The notes: a model not told the origin generated them from the letters alone. Shown: positions 43,262 through 52,490, counted from the stretch's first letter. The stretch is 64,000 nt of DNA from Thermoplasmata archaeon (GCA_021798415.1 JAJZGO010000002.1:159-64158), one strand, 5' to 3'. Program-made: numbers and translations.

Positions 43262-44978
43262 CGCGGTTCTGTTCGTCCAGCCAGCGCTTGAGCGGGGCGA
43301 AGTATTCGAGGAGACCTCGCGCGCTCATCGTCCGTTCGCCCGCGATCGCCTCGAGGGCGGACGGCCATTCCTCGCTCTGCCCCATCTCGAGCATCGTTCG
43401 CAATCGTCGTCCGGCGGCGAGCGAGCCGTAGATCGAGGTCCGGTGGAGCGGGCCGGTCGCCCCCATCTCCCGCGCGAGCGCCCGGTGGAACTGGAACTGG
43501 AGGATGTGCGCGAGGAAGTAGCGCATGTACGGGACGTTCGCGGGCACGTGGTACTTGGCGCCCGGGTCGAACTCGCCCTCGGTCCGCTCGCCCGGCGGCG
43601 CGACCCCCTGGTAGCGCCGTCGGATCTCCCACCAGGCCCGGTTGTACTGCTCGGGCGGGACCGCGCCCGAGAAGACGTCCCACCGCCACGCGTCGACGCT
43701 CAGGCCGAAGGGAAGGAACGCGACCTTTTCGAGCGCGCGGTGGAGAAGGAGCCCGATGTCGTCGTCCGGCGGAGAGGTCTCGTCCACGAGCCCGATCCGC
43801 GCGAGGTACTCGGGAGTGACCGAGAGCGAGATCGTGTCGCCGACCGCCTCGTGGAAGCCGTCGTGGGCGCTGTCCCGGAAGAGGAACGGCTGGCGCGCGT
43901 AGGCCCGCTGGTAGTAGTTGTGCCCGAGCTCGTGGTGGATCGTGCGGAAGTCCTCGCCGGTCGCCTCGATGCACATCTTGATGCGCAGGTCGTCCGCGAA
44001 GTCGACGTCCCACGCGCTCGCGTGGCAGACGACCTCGCGGTCGCGCGGCCGCACGAGCATCGACCGCTCCCAGAACGAGGCCGGCAGCGGGTCGAAACCG
44101 AGCGACACGAAGAACCGCTCGGCGTAGCGGACCATCTCCACGGGGGTCGTCTTCCGCTCGAGGAGGATCTTCGTGAGGTCGATCGCCGGCCGCGTCTCCC
44201 TCGGCGCGAGAAGGGGATAGATCCCCTCCCACGACTGCGCCCACATGTTGCCGAGAAGGTGGGCGGGGATCGGTCCACTTTCGGGCACCCGGTCCGGTCC
44301 GAATGTGTCGCGCAACCGCCGCCGGACGTAGGAGTGGAGGGCCACGTAGAGCGGGCGGACCTCCTCCCAGAGGCGGTCGACCTCCCGGGAGAACGCGGCC
44401 GGCTCCATGTCGTACTTCGACCGCCACATCGCTCCCGTGTCCTCGAACCCGAGCTCCCGCGCGCCTCGGTTCGCGAGGTCGACGTACCGCACGAACTCCG
44501 GGCGCATCGCGCGACCGACCCGGTGCCAGCCGGTCCACGCGTCCTCGAGCACGTCGGGGTCGCGGCTCTCGAGAAGGATGTGCGAAAGGCCCTGGAGGTC
44601 GGCCGAATCGGTCGCGCCCTTGGGCACGTGCCGACCCTTCGCGTACTTCCCCTGCATCGTCGCGACGAGCCGGGTGAGCTCCTCCGAGTCGGCCGCGTCG
44701 GAGGGGGCGACCAGCGTCAGCATCAGGCGCAGCAGCTTGACCTTCCGAGCGTCGGGAGACGAGGCGTCGGCGGGCGGGAGCCGGGTCGTCTCCTTGGCGA
44801 GGTCGACGGTGGTCGCGATGAGCCGCGCGTACGCGCGCGCGGACAAGGCCTCGCTGTCGGGGGTGATGTAGGTCGAATAGATCCACTCGGCCCGCTGGGC
44901 GTCGATCGACATCTCCAGCAACCGGCTCTCGGCGCGTTCGAGGAGTCGCTCGATCTCGGAGCCGGTCGACAGCGCCAT
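43242..44978 (-). CDS. M2-family zinc peptidyl-dipeptidase (angiotensin-converting-enzyme-like)
   Basis: HHELGHNYYQ (HEXXH) with downstream HEAVGD; length and the rest are colinear with ACE/M2. Confidence 0.85.
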   Translation of the reverse strand: MALSTGSEIERLLERAESRLLEMSIDAQRAEWIYSTYITPDSEALSARAYARLIATTVDLAKETTRLPPADASSPDARKVKLLRLMLTLVAPSDAADSEELTRLVATMQGKYAKGRHVPKGATDSADLQGLSHILLESRDPDVLEDAWTGWHRVGRAMRPEFVRYVDLANRGARELGFEDTGAMWRSKYDMEPAAFSREVDRLWEEVRPLYVALHSYVRRRLRDTFGPDRVPESGPIPAHLLGNMWAQSWEGIYPLLAPRETRPAIDLTKILLERKTTPVEMVRYAERFFVSLGFDPLPASFWERSMLVRPRDREVVCHASAWDVDFADDLRIKMCIEATGEDFRTIHHELGHNYYQRAYARQPFLFRDSAHDGFHEAVGDTISLSVTPEYLARIGLVDETSPPDDDIGLLLHRALEKVAFLPFGLSVDAWRWDVFSGAVPPEQYNRAWWEIRRRYQGVAPPGERTEGEFDPGAKYHVPANVPYMRYFLAHILQFQFHRALAREMGATGPLHRTSIYGSLAAGRRLRTMLEMGQSEEWPSALEAIAGERTMSARGLLEYFAPLKRWLDEQNRDAPSGW

Positions 44979-45516
44979 CGACCCCGGCAGACCGACCTGC
45001 CCTTTTTACTCGACGGGATGAACCGGCGGGGCCGACCGCGACCGCGCGTCCGCCGTACGTCGGCTCTCGATCCCTGACGTGGGAGCCCCCCGGAACCCCT
45101 CTGCTTCGTGTCCAACTTCGGGCTTTATGTATGACGTGCGTCTGACACGCGCCCGAGGACCGTGTCGGACAGACAGGAAGGGCTGGGAATCCTCGCGGCG
45201 CTGCCCCTGGGGGCGATGGGGTTCGGCGAAGAGTACTGCCCTCTCGCGGCACTTCCGTGCCGAGACGCCCTGACCCCCGAACGTTCCGCCACCGGTACCG
45301 AGGGGTCGTGGCGATAGAGGGTCGGAAGCCGCCGGTCGTCCCCGCAGGGCCCGCCCCTCCACCGGTCATCCTCGGCCAGGGAAGCCCTCGAGGTTACGGG
45401 ATGCGACCGAAGCTCTCGCTCGAAGCGGCCGCCGCGTTCGCGACGTACGTCGACTCCGCGCGCGCCCGGGCGGCGATCGAGGGCCGAACGCTCGTCTATA
45501 CGGTCCGCTGGAACGG

Positions 45517-46029
45517 CTAAGCCCCGTCCGGACCGGGCGGTTCGTCGTCCGTCGCCACCTCGACCGGGGACTCCGGCCGGTATCGCTTCGTGTCCGCGCT
45601 GGCCTCTTCGAGCGCCCGTTTCGAGAGCTCGTCGGCCCGTTCGTTCCGCTCGCGCGGGACCCACTCGAACTCGACCGAAGTGAACGATCTCGTGAGCTGG
45701 CGCAGGCGGTCGTGGTACGCCCGCAGGTGCTCCGCTCGGACCCGGTACGAGCCGTCCATCTGGCGCACGACAAGCTGGCTGTCGCCGTACGCGCGCACCG
45801 CCCCGCGGTAGCCGTGCTCCGCGAGCCACTCGAGCGCTCGGATCGCGGCGACGTACTCGGCCACGTTGTTGGTCGAGTGCGGGGAGAACGGCCGTACCGC
45901 GAGCCCGCACTCCTCGTGATGGAACCCCCCTCCCTCGACCGTGTACCCCCAGGTCGCGACGCCGCCGCCCTTCGGCGGGTCGCACGCTCCGTCAAAGTGG
46001 AGCTCGACCGTCCGCGGGTCGAACGGGAC
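45517..46029 (-). CDS. rnhA: RNase H (type 1) domain protein; start codon unresolved
   Basis: VELHFDGACDPPKGGGVATWGYTVEGGGFHHEECGLAVRPFSPHSTNNVAEYVAAIRALEW...YGDSQLVV carries the DEDD residues. No ATG, GTG or TTG was found in-frame upstream of the VELHFDGA block after the preceding gene's stop. The ORF track lists only the C-terminal 115 aa. Confidence 0.55.
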   Translation of the reverse strand, partial: VPFDPRTVELHFDGACDPPKGGGVATWGYTVEGGGFHHEECGLAVRPFSPHSTNNVAEYVAAIRALEWLAEHGYRGAVRAYGDSQLVVRQMDGSYRVRAEHLRAYHDRLRQLTRSFTSVEFEWVPRERNERADELSKRALEEASADTKRYRPESPVEVATDDEPPGPDGA

Positions 46030-46066
46030 GACGCCGCGCGGGACCTGAGGGTCGTCGGGGATGGGG

Positions 46067-46621
46067 TCACCCCCGGCGGGGCCGAGCGTAGGGGACCGGA
46101 CCGGCCTCGGTGGGTCGGGTGAGTCTCGGACAGTTGCAGAACGCCTCGATCCGGTGGCACCCCGGGCAGTCCGTTCGGTCGTCCACCGTCCCGAGGGTGC
46201 GGGCGCAGCTTCGACACTCGCGCGGGCGCGCGCACCGCGGGCAGAGCGCGAGGTCGAACGCGATCATCGTTCGGCAGTGGCGGCACGAGACCGGCTCGCG
46301 AAGACTGTAGCCCAGCGCCCGGGCCGCTTCGACCGGCTTCGGGGCCGGGGGCCGGCGCACTTGGACCTCGGGGTTTCCGAACGTCCCGCCGACGGTCGTT
46401 CGCTCCGGGTTCGGCTGGACGCCCCCGATCAGCACGACCAGCAGGCTGACCGGCACCAGGAGGATGCCGGCCTCCTGTTCGAGGTTGAACGTTTCGTGCC
46501 CAAAGAGGACGATCGGCGAGGAGATCAGGGCGAAGCCCACGAGGATGAGCCCCACGCCCACGAGCGCGATCGACCGGTTCATCGACGAAGTCCGGCGGCC
46601 CGGCCGCCGATCCGGGTGCAA
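46067..46621 (-). CDS. Membrane protein with C-terminal Cys-rich zinc-ribbon region
   Basis: N-terminal TMs SIALVGVGLILVGFALISSPIVLF and LLVPVSLLVVLIGGV. C-terminal CRHC...CPRC...CRSC...CPGC...CNC. Confidence 0.45.
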   Translation of the reverse strand: MHPDRRPGRRTSSMNRSIALVGVGLILVGFALISSPIVLFGHETFNLEQEAGILLVPVSLLVVLIGGVQPNPERTTVGGTFGNPEVQVRRPPAPKPVEAARALGYSLREPVSCRHCRTMIAFDLALCPRCARPRECRSCARTLGTVDDRTDCPGCHRIEAFCNCPRLTRPTEAGPVPYARPRRG

Positions 46622-46698
46622 ATAGCCTCCCGCTCCCTCATAAAGGGTGGGTCGAGCGGCCCCGCGCCGCTTTTAGTCCGTCGCACGGTCGCATCCCC

Positions 46699-47169
46699 AT
46701 GGCGAACCCCACCGTCACCCTGAGGACGACCGTCGGCGACATCCGCCTCGAGCTGTTTCGCGACCGCGCCCCGAAGACCGTGGAGAACTTCCTGACCCTC
46801 GTCCGCAAGGGCTTCTACACGGGCCTCACGTTCCACCGCGTGATCCCGGGGTTCATGATCCAGGGCGGATGTCCCAAAGGCGACGGGACCGGCGGGCCGG
46901 GGTACGAGATCCCGGACGAGTTCCACCCCTCCCTGCGGCATGACGGTCCCGGCGTGATCTCGATGGCGAACGCCGGCCCGAACACGGGCGGCAGCCAGTT
47001 CTTCATCACGCTCGCCGCGACGAGCTGGCTCGACAACCACCACGCCGTCTTCGGCAAGGTCCGCGGCGGTCAGGACGTGGCGGAGAAGATCGCCGCGGTC
47101 CCGCGCGACGGGAACGACCGGCCCCGCACTCCGGTGCGGGTCGTCGAGGTCAAGGTCGCGGGCGCGTAA
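46699..47169 (+). CDS. ppiB: Cyclophilin-type peptidyl-prolyl cis-trans isomerase
   Basis: FHRVIPGFMIQGGCP...GPNTGGSQFFITL...HAVFGKV is the canonical cyclophilin. Confidence 0.9.
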   Translation: MANPTVTLRTTVGDIRLELFRDRAPKTVENFLTLVRKGFYTGLTFHRVIPGFMIQGGCPKGDGTGGPGYEIPDEFHPSLRHDGPGVISMANAGPNTGGSQFFITLAATSWLDNHHAVFGKVRGGQDVAEKIAAVPRDGNDRPRTPVRVVEVKVAGA

Positions 47170-47185
47170 TCGCCGTCGGTCGCCC

Positions 47186-47677
47186 TTACGCCGGGTAGTC
47201 GTAGGGGAGCCGCTCGCCCGGCGAGCGGGCGTCCTCGACCGTCGTGACGATCCCCGAGACGAGCGCGAGCGCGGGCACGAGGAGGACGAGGTCGAGGAAG
47301 GTCGCGTAGCCGACCGAGATCGCGAGCGAGTGGCTCGGGGCGGCCAGGCGGTACGGCGAGGCGAGCCGGAGGACGAGAAGGTAGGCGATCGTCACGGCGG
47401 ACGTTGCGACCGAGAGGGGGCCGTACGCCCGTGTGGGACGGGCGATGGCGCGCACGGTCGACAGCACCGCGATCGCGACCCCGGCGGCGACCACGGTGGG
47501 GATCGGGACCGGCAGCGAGATCCCGAGGGAGTCGAGGTACGCGAGGGACGCGGCGGGCACTCCGACCAGCGCGATGAGCAACAGGACCAGACGGGCGGCT
47601 CCGGCGAGGATGCGGTAGCCGAGCGACGGGATCCGGTGGTACGACGGGAGGAACCCCGCGGGAACGGCGACGCTCAT
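47186..47677 (-). CDS. Small polytopic membrane protein
   Basis: ATG 47677 (the ORF-track N-terminus is non-hydrophobic read-through). Four hydrophobic helices. ATGA overlap with the upstream gene. Confidence 0.45.
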   Translation of the reverse strand: MSVAVPAGFLPSYHRIPSLGYRILAGAARLVLLLIALVGVPAASLAYLDSLGISLPVPIPTVVAAGVAIAVLSTVRAIARPTRAYGPLSVATSAVTIAYLLVLRLASPYRLAAPSHSLAISVGYATFLDLVLLVPALALVSGIVTTVEDARSPGERLPYDYPA

Positions 47678-48498
47678 GGGATCGCCTGCGGAGGAAGGAC
47701 GATCGTGCCCGCCGGCCCCGAGAACGTCACTACCGCGGTCCCCCCCGACACGGAGCACCCGCTCGACAAGAGGACGGGCTGAGTGGAGTAGTAGTACGCC
47801 CCGGGCACGACGTCCAGGGGGAACGAGGCCGACCCGCACGTCGCACCTCCCGCATCGCGCACGACGAGCGAGAGGGTCCCGACTTCCGCGAACGAGGCGT
47901 GGTTCGTGAAGCTGACGGTGACCGGCACGCTCACCGACCCGTTGACCAGGGTCGGCGTGCCGACCCCCACCCGCAGGTTCGAGAACGGGGCGCCCCACGA
48001 GCGGTTCTCCTCCGCATGCACCGAGATCGGGAACAGGTAGGCGTACGTCGCGTTCCCCCAGACCCCGACGACCAGGTACTGGTCGCTCACCAGGAGCGAC
48101 TCGGCGGGGCCGCCCGACGTGATCGGCAGGTAGAGCGCGACCGGCACCGTCGTCACTCCTCCCGGGACGAGGTCGACCGAAGCGGTCGTTACGGTCCCGA
48201 GATAGGCTCCCGAACCGTTGGAGATCCGCAGGCTCATGGAGAAGCCTCCGACCGGGTAGAATCCGGGGTTCGACACGCTGACCGCCCCGGTGACCGCCAT
48301 GGTGCCGTTCGCCGCGAGCCCGGCGGAGAACCCTCCCGTCTGAGGGCTCTGGCGCACGAGCTCGGATGCGGAGTACGCTACGGTCCCCAAAAAGACCAAA
48401 AGGAGGACGAGCACAACGGCCGACAGCCGGGCGAATGCGCGGGCCGTGCGGTACAGACGCGGCGGGCGCCGAGGCGGGAGGGCAGCGAACGACACCAT
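47674..48498 (-). CDS. N-terminally anchored secreted protein with N-glycosylation sequons
   Basis: Signal anchor LSAVVLVLLLVFLGTVAYSA. Sequons NGTM, NGSG, NATY, NRSW, NGSV. Forms a two-gene operon with 47186..47677. Confidence 0.45.
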   Translation of the reverse strand: MVSFAALPPRRPPRLYRTARAFARLSAVVLVLLLVFLGTVAYSASELVRQSPQTGGFSAGLAANGTMAVTGAVSVSNPGFYPVGGFSMSLRISNGSGAYLGTVTTASVDLVPGGVTTVPVALYLPITSGGPAESLLVSDQYLVVGVWGNATYAYLFPISVHAEENRSWGAPFSNLRVGVGTPTLVNGSVSVPVTVSFTNHASFAEVGTLSLVVRDAGGATCGSASFPLDVVPGAYYYSTQPVLLSSGCSVSGGTAVVTFSGPAGTIVLPPQAIP

Positions 48499-48639
48499 GA
48501 GAGTGCCGTCTCTAGGAACGCGCGGGCGCACCTTGAAAAGCTGTCGGTCCGGGCGATTCTCGCAAAGGACGGCGACGACCGGAGGCGCGCCGAGACGACG
48601 CCCCGTCCGTGTCCATCGATGCCCTCGGACCGGCCCCTA

Positions 48640-49045
48640 GTTCCTAGGGAAGTGGGGGACCGCCCGGAAGTTGCCCTCGGAACCCTCGAAGCGGCCGATC
48701 CGCCAGCCCCACGGTTGCGCCTTAGGGGTCCCAGAAAGGGAACGTCCTCGTTCGTGAGCTCCGAGCATTCCCGGCCCGTGTCGTCCACGAAGTAGGCAAC
48801 GTAGGCTCGGCGGGTCGTCCCCTCCCCCCGTCGAAGCCGGGAGGGTCACCACCCGAAGTGGCCCGCCACTGGAGGGTTTTGTCGTTCGGTTCGAATCCCT
48901 TGGCGCCGCGGAAGACCCGGTCGAGGTAATCCACCCTTAGGGAACGGAGGGTTTCCGAAGCTGGGTCGGCGCAGCCCGCTCGGCCGCCCGACGCGTTCCT
49001 CCCCGCCCTTTCATCTCCCGAACGCCATTTGCGCTCCCGAGATCA
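48640..49045 (-). pseudogene. Frameshifted VOC/glyoxalase-family pseudogene (paralog of 56625..57026)
   Basis: The segments FEGSEGNFRAVPHFPRN*, YLDRVFRGAKGFEPNDKTLQWRAT and VAYFVDDTG lie in three different frames. In order they align with EDPEGNLWEISHFPKE*, AYEELRKKGVRFLQPPDTRPNGQRFAFF and LAVFLDDAD of the intact VOC gene. Confidence 0.45.
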
Positions 49046-49053
49046 GCCGGACC

Positions 49054-49932
49054 CTAGAAAGTTCCCGCGTCCCGGGCCGAGTAGCATGACGGGTAGAGCG
49101 GTAGGAAACCCAATTCCTCACGGGCCCGACGCGTGTCCAGCAGACCCTCCCAGGGATCCCAGGGCAGGTCGAATCTATCGGGGGTCGGCTCCGGAGCTTG
49201 GGCAAGTCTCGTCAACTCAAGGAGTGTGATGGGAGCGTCGTCAGCGATGTTGTAGACACCCCCGGCACGGGGCTCCCGATAGAGTGCCCGAATCACGGCT
49301 TGGCCTACATCGGCATGGTGAACGGAGTGCATTCGCCGCGCCGGATTCCATCGGGCCACGTGAGGTATCATCTCCCAAACGTGCCGGTCGCCCTCACCGT
49401 ACACGAACCCGAGGCGGAGGACGTAGACTCCCACGCCCTGGTCACGACCCAAGTCCGTCAACTTCGCCTCGGCCTCCACTTTCGAGGCGGGATAAGGATG
49501 GGAGGGAGGCTCCGGACCCGGGGAATCGCCTTCTCGGGCCGGACGCTTCAGTCCGGGCGGATAGACGTTGCTGGTACTGGCGAAGATGATCTTCTCGACT
49601 CCCGCCTGTTGGGCAGCTGCCGCCAAACGCTCGGTACCCACCACGTTCACCTCACGTGCCTGCTCGGGCGTAGCGCCCCGGAAGAACGCGGCGAGATGAA
49701 CCACGGTTTTCACCCCGTTCAAGGCCGGGCCCAGGGACTCCGCCCGGAGCAAGTCCCCCTCCGCGATTTCCGTTCCCAGGGCTCGAAGTTCCTGGACCCT
49801 GGGTCCGGGTCGGATGAGGGCCCGGACAGGAAGACCGTGGTTCAGGAGTCGAGGAACCAGGTGCGAGCCGACTTTACCGGTGGCTCCCGTGACGAGAATC
49901 GGGTCCGACCGATCCAATGCACGGCTAATCAT
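49054..49932 (-). CDS. NAD-dependent epimerase/dehydratase (SDR superfamily)
   Basis: ILVTGATGKVGSHLVPRLL (GxxGxxG) and the YxxxK motif YPASK. Confidence 0.85.
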   Translation of the reverse strand: MISRALDRSDPILVTGATGKVGSHLVPRLLNHGLPVRALIRPGPRVQELRALGTEIAEGDLLRAESLGPALNGVKTVVHLAAFFRGATPEQAREVNVVGTERLAAAAQQAGVEKIIFASTSNVYPPGLKRPAREGDSPGPEPPSHPYPASKVEAEAKLTDLGRDQGVGVYVLRLGFVYGEGDRHVWEMIPHVARWNPARRMHSVHHADVGQAVIRALYREPRAGGVYNIADDAPITLLELTRLAQAPEPTPDRFDLPWDPWEGLLDTRRAREELGFLPLYPSCYSARDAGTF

Positions 49933-49976
49933 TAGCCAGCTAATGTTAGGGATGGATTTAAGGATTCGTGCGGTAG

Positions 49977-50444
49977 GTGGTGAGCGGGACTCTCGTGGCG
50001 CCTCCGGATTTCTGGGACGATTTCGTCCGCGTGGCGAAGCTGTCCCGGTCCGCCGTGGACGAGATCATGAAACAATACGGAGGTCGTGGCGGGCAGAACC
50101 GCGTCCTCTGGGCCCTGTACGCGGAAGATGGGCTCACGCCCGTCGAGATCGCGCGGAAGCTAGGGGTCGCGGCTCCTACCGTCGTGAAGATGTCGTCCCA
50201 CATGGTAGCCTCGGGGCTCATCACGAGACGAAGGGACTCGGTCGACCGACGCCGCGTACACCTCTATTTGACCGATCGAGGTCGCGCGGTCAAGCGACCC
50301 ATCGAGGATGCGACACGACAGTTCAGGCGCGCGACCAGCGCCGGATTGACGGCCGAGGAACGTAAGGTCATGTCGACCGCCCTCGCGAAGATCGTCCGAA
50401 ACCTGGAACGATCCACCCGAACGGCCCCATCGGACGAACCTTGA
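49977..50444 (+). CDS. MarR-family transcriptional regulator
   Basis: LTPVEIARKLGVAAPTVVKMSSHMVASGLITRRRDSVDRRRVHLYLTDRG is the MarR wHTH. Confidence 0.85.
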   Translation: MVSGTLVAPPDFWDDFVRVAKLSRSAVDEIMKQYGGRGGQNRVLWALYAEDGLTPVEIARKLGVAAPTVVKMSSHMVASGLITRRRDSVDRRRVHLYLTDRGRAVKRPIEDATRQFRRATSAGLTAEERKVMSTALAKIVRNLERSTRTAPSDEP

Positions 50445-50528
50445 ATGACGTCGCAGGACCATCGTTCTGTCGCGCGACGGCCGGCTCGCAGCCCCATGGC
50501 CGATGCGGGTGAGGCTCCGTCGATTCCC

Positions 50529-50601
50529 GAAGCCACTGGAGGGACTTGAACCCCCGACCTGCTGATTACGAATCAGCCGCTCTGCCGGCTGAGCTACAGT
50601 G
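50529..50601 (-). tRNA. tRNA-Thr (anticodon CGT)
   Basis: Hand-folded 73-nt cloverleaf: acceptor GCCACTG/CAGTGGC, D arm GCTC-AGCCGGCA-GAGC, anticodon arm GCTGA-TTCGTAA-TCAGC, variable loop AGGTC, T arm GGGGG-TTCAAGT-CCCTC, discriminator T. No encoded CCA. Confidence 0.8.
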
Positions 50602-50642
50602 GCAACCGTCAGGGTCCTTGCCCGAGTTTTCATAAGCTTGGC

Positions 50643-50830
50643 TCACGCCCCGGCCGTCAGAGCCTCGGCCGTCGCGGATTCGAATCTGCCGACCGTGGCG
50701 TACCCCTGGGCCCCGTCCCAGCCGACGTAGCGTGCGGCCCTGTCGACCGATTCGTGCCCGGAGAGGTGCTTGAGGTCGACCCGGCTCGCACCGGCGTAGT
50801 AGGCGCTCCGACCTAAACTTCGTCTCAGGT
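50643..50830 (-). pseudogene. C-terminal remnant (~60 aa) of a tyrosine recombinase/integrase, 42 bp upstream of tRNA-Thr
   Basis: DLRRSLGRSAYYAGASRVDLKHLSGHESVDRAARYVGW matches the integrase box II (R...LGH-x-s...R-Y catalytic Tyr). The N-terminal catalytic and DNA-binding domains are absent. The rest of the listed ORF (50643..51176) is non-homologous read-through. Confidence 0.5.
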
Positions 50831-50866
50831 CGGTGCCGACCGGGAGGGAGGCACTGACTACGCATC

Positions 50867-51622
50867 CTACCCCTTCCCGACTTTGACCCCGACGAGCAGC
50901 CCGCGACCGGGCATCAACCCGCGGGACAGGAAGTGCGGTCGGAGCCCGGCGGACCGCATACACTGAAGGAGCTCGTAGCGTGTGAGCAGCAATCCGACAT
51001 CGGTCGCACGGTAGTAACGGACCCCTTGACCGGGCCTCCCGATGAGGAAGTGCCACTGGATCGTCGAACGATTCCCCCGCCGGATCGAGTACGCCATTCG
51101 GACCGCAGTCAAGTCGGGCGACTCGGTCTTCCGAAGATGGACTGTGCCAGGGTGAAACGCCGAGGGGTCGAACCATGGTTCCACGATCGCGACTCCGCCA
51201 GGGTCCAGGTGGCGCGCGAAATTGGCGAAGGTTCTTCGCACGTCTTCCTTCGTGCCGAGGTGACCGATCGCGCTGAAGAGACAGCTCACGACGTCAAATC
51301 GACGCCCGAGGCGAAAAGAACGCATATCGCCGCGGACCAGCCGAACTCCGGGCAAACGGCTCCGCGCTGGCCGGAGCATCTCCCGGCTCCCGTCCACGCC
51401 AACGACGGCGTGTCTCCGCCGCAGGAACTCGAGGTGCCGCCCGGTACCGCACGCGACATCGAGCCAAGTCGTCTTTCCCTTGCGTCCAAAGCGGCGAGCG
51501 ATGGCCTCGAGACGGCGGGATTCGCCCTGGTAGTCCTTCCAATCGTTGAGGGCGTCGTAGTACTTGGCCAGTTCGTGGAACTGGGACAGCGACACCGAGG
51601 TCCCGCTACCCCCTCTCCCCAT
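50867..51622 (-). CDS. Class I SAM-dependent methyltransferase
   Basis: FHELAKYYDALND...WLDVACGTGRHLEFL...VVGVDGSREML...LDPGGVAIVE. Start ATG 51622 (or slightly upstream). Confidence 0.7.
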   Translation of the reverse strand: MGRGGSGTSVSLSQFHELAKYYDALNDWKDYQGESRRLEAIARRFGRKGKTTWLDVACGTGRHLEFLRRRHAVVGVDGSREMLRPARSRLPGVRLVRGDMRSFRLGRRFDVVSCLFSAIGHLGTKEDVRRTFANFARHLDPGGVAIVEPWFDPSAFHPGTVHLRKTESPDLTAVRMAYSIRRGNRSTIQWHFLIGRPGQGVRYYRATDVGLLLTRYELLQCMRSAGLRPHFLSRGLMPGRGLLVGVKVGKG

Positions 51623-51978
51623 GCTCGCTTCGACGAGCGCATGGTATTTGATAGGCTCCACCTTCCCCGCCCCCTCGAGCCTCTGAAACCGTCGCGAGCG
51701 TTCGGGGGTCGAACGCGAGGAGCGCACGGAAGGGGCCGCGGACAGCCCCGGCCAGGGACATAGTGGCGCACCCACGCACTCCGGACGGACGGGGACTTCG
51801 TTCCCGCCCGTAGGGCCCGCGTGGCGACCGGCATCAACCGTAGGGGCGGGAAAAAGGGGCTCGGTTTCCTCAACCCACCAGCGGGACCGGACGATTGCTC
51901 CCGGCCCGCTTTGTGACTCCAGGCACCGGGTTCCGTTTCCGGACGCGTTCTAGCGAACGGCCCCCCGGGAGGCCCAGT

Positions 51979-52371
51979 TCAACCGACACCGATCTGTTTG
52001 CGAAGAGAGTCGGTCTCAAAGTAGACGTGGGCGGTTCGGATCTTCCCCTGCCGGAGCTCGTACGCGACACAGAGCGGCACGCGTACCGACTTCCCGCTGG
52101 CCTTGAGGTCGCCGAAATCGCCCACATGGCGCCCCACGAAGTCCGCCTCCAGGATCGCTCTGTCTCCCTCGATCACGAGGTTCTTCGCCTCCGCCGTCGC
52201 CTGAAACGCGCGGTGGTAGAAGAACTCGAGCAGCCCCTCGATCTCAACTCGTCCCCGGGCCCGCTGGCCCGTGCCCATTACCGTGAACTCGGCATCGGGC
52301 GCGACCGCCCCGGGGTCGTGACCGTTCAAGTATCTCTCCATAACCTCCTTGGTCTCCTGCGATCCCATTTC
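51979..52371 (-). CDS. SnoaL-like / NTF2-fold protein
   Basis: ATG 52371 gives MGSQETKEVMERYLNGHD...FYHRAF...FVGRHVGDF (ester-cyclase-like). The ORF track's N-terminal 62 aa look like read-through. Confidence 0.6.
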   Translation of the reverse strand, partial: EMGSQETKEVMERYLNGHDPGAVAPDAEFTVMGTGQRARGRVEIEGLLEFFYHRAFQATAEAKNLVIEGDRAILEADFVGRHVGDFGDLKASGKSVRVPLCVAYELRQGKIRTAHVYFETDSLRKQIGVG

Positions 52372-52490
52372 CCTGCTCCCAGCGCCTCGGGCGCCGGAGC
52401 TCCGCACGGAGCCCCGGAAGAAGAACCGCGTGCTCGTGATACACGGCAAATCGGACACGGCTCCCCCACGGGCCCATTCGCGGTGGACCC

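Noticed and set aside
45390-45398. Extra GGTTACGGG 9-mer immediately before ATG 45404
   Set aside because: A 9-mer of this composition is expected about once per window by chance. Unlike the 13-mer in the YcaQ gene, it does not extend to the flanking conserved bases.
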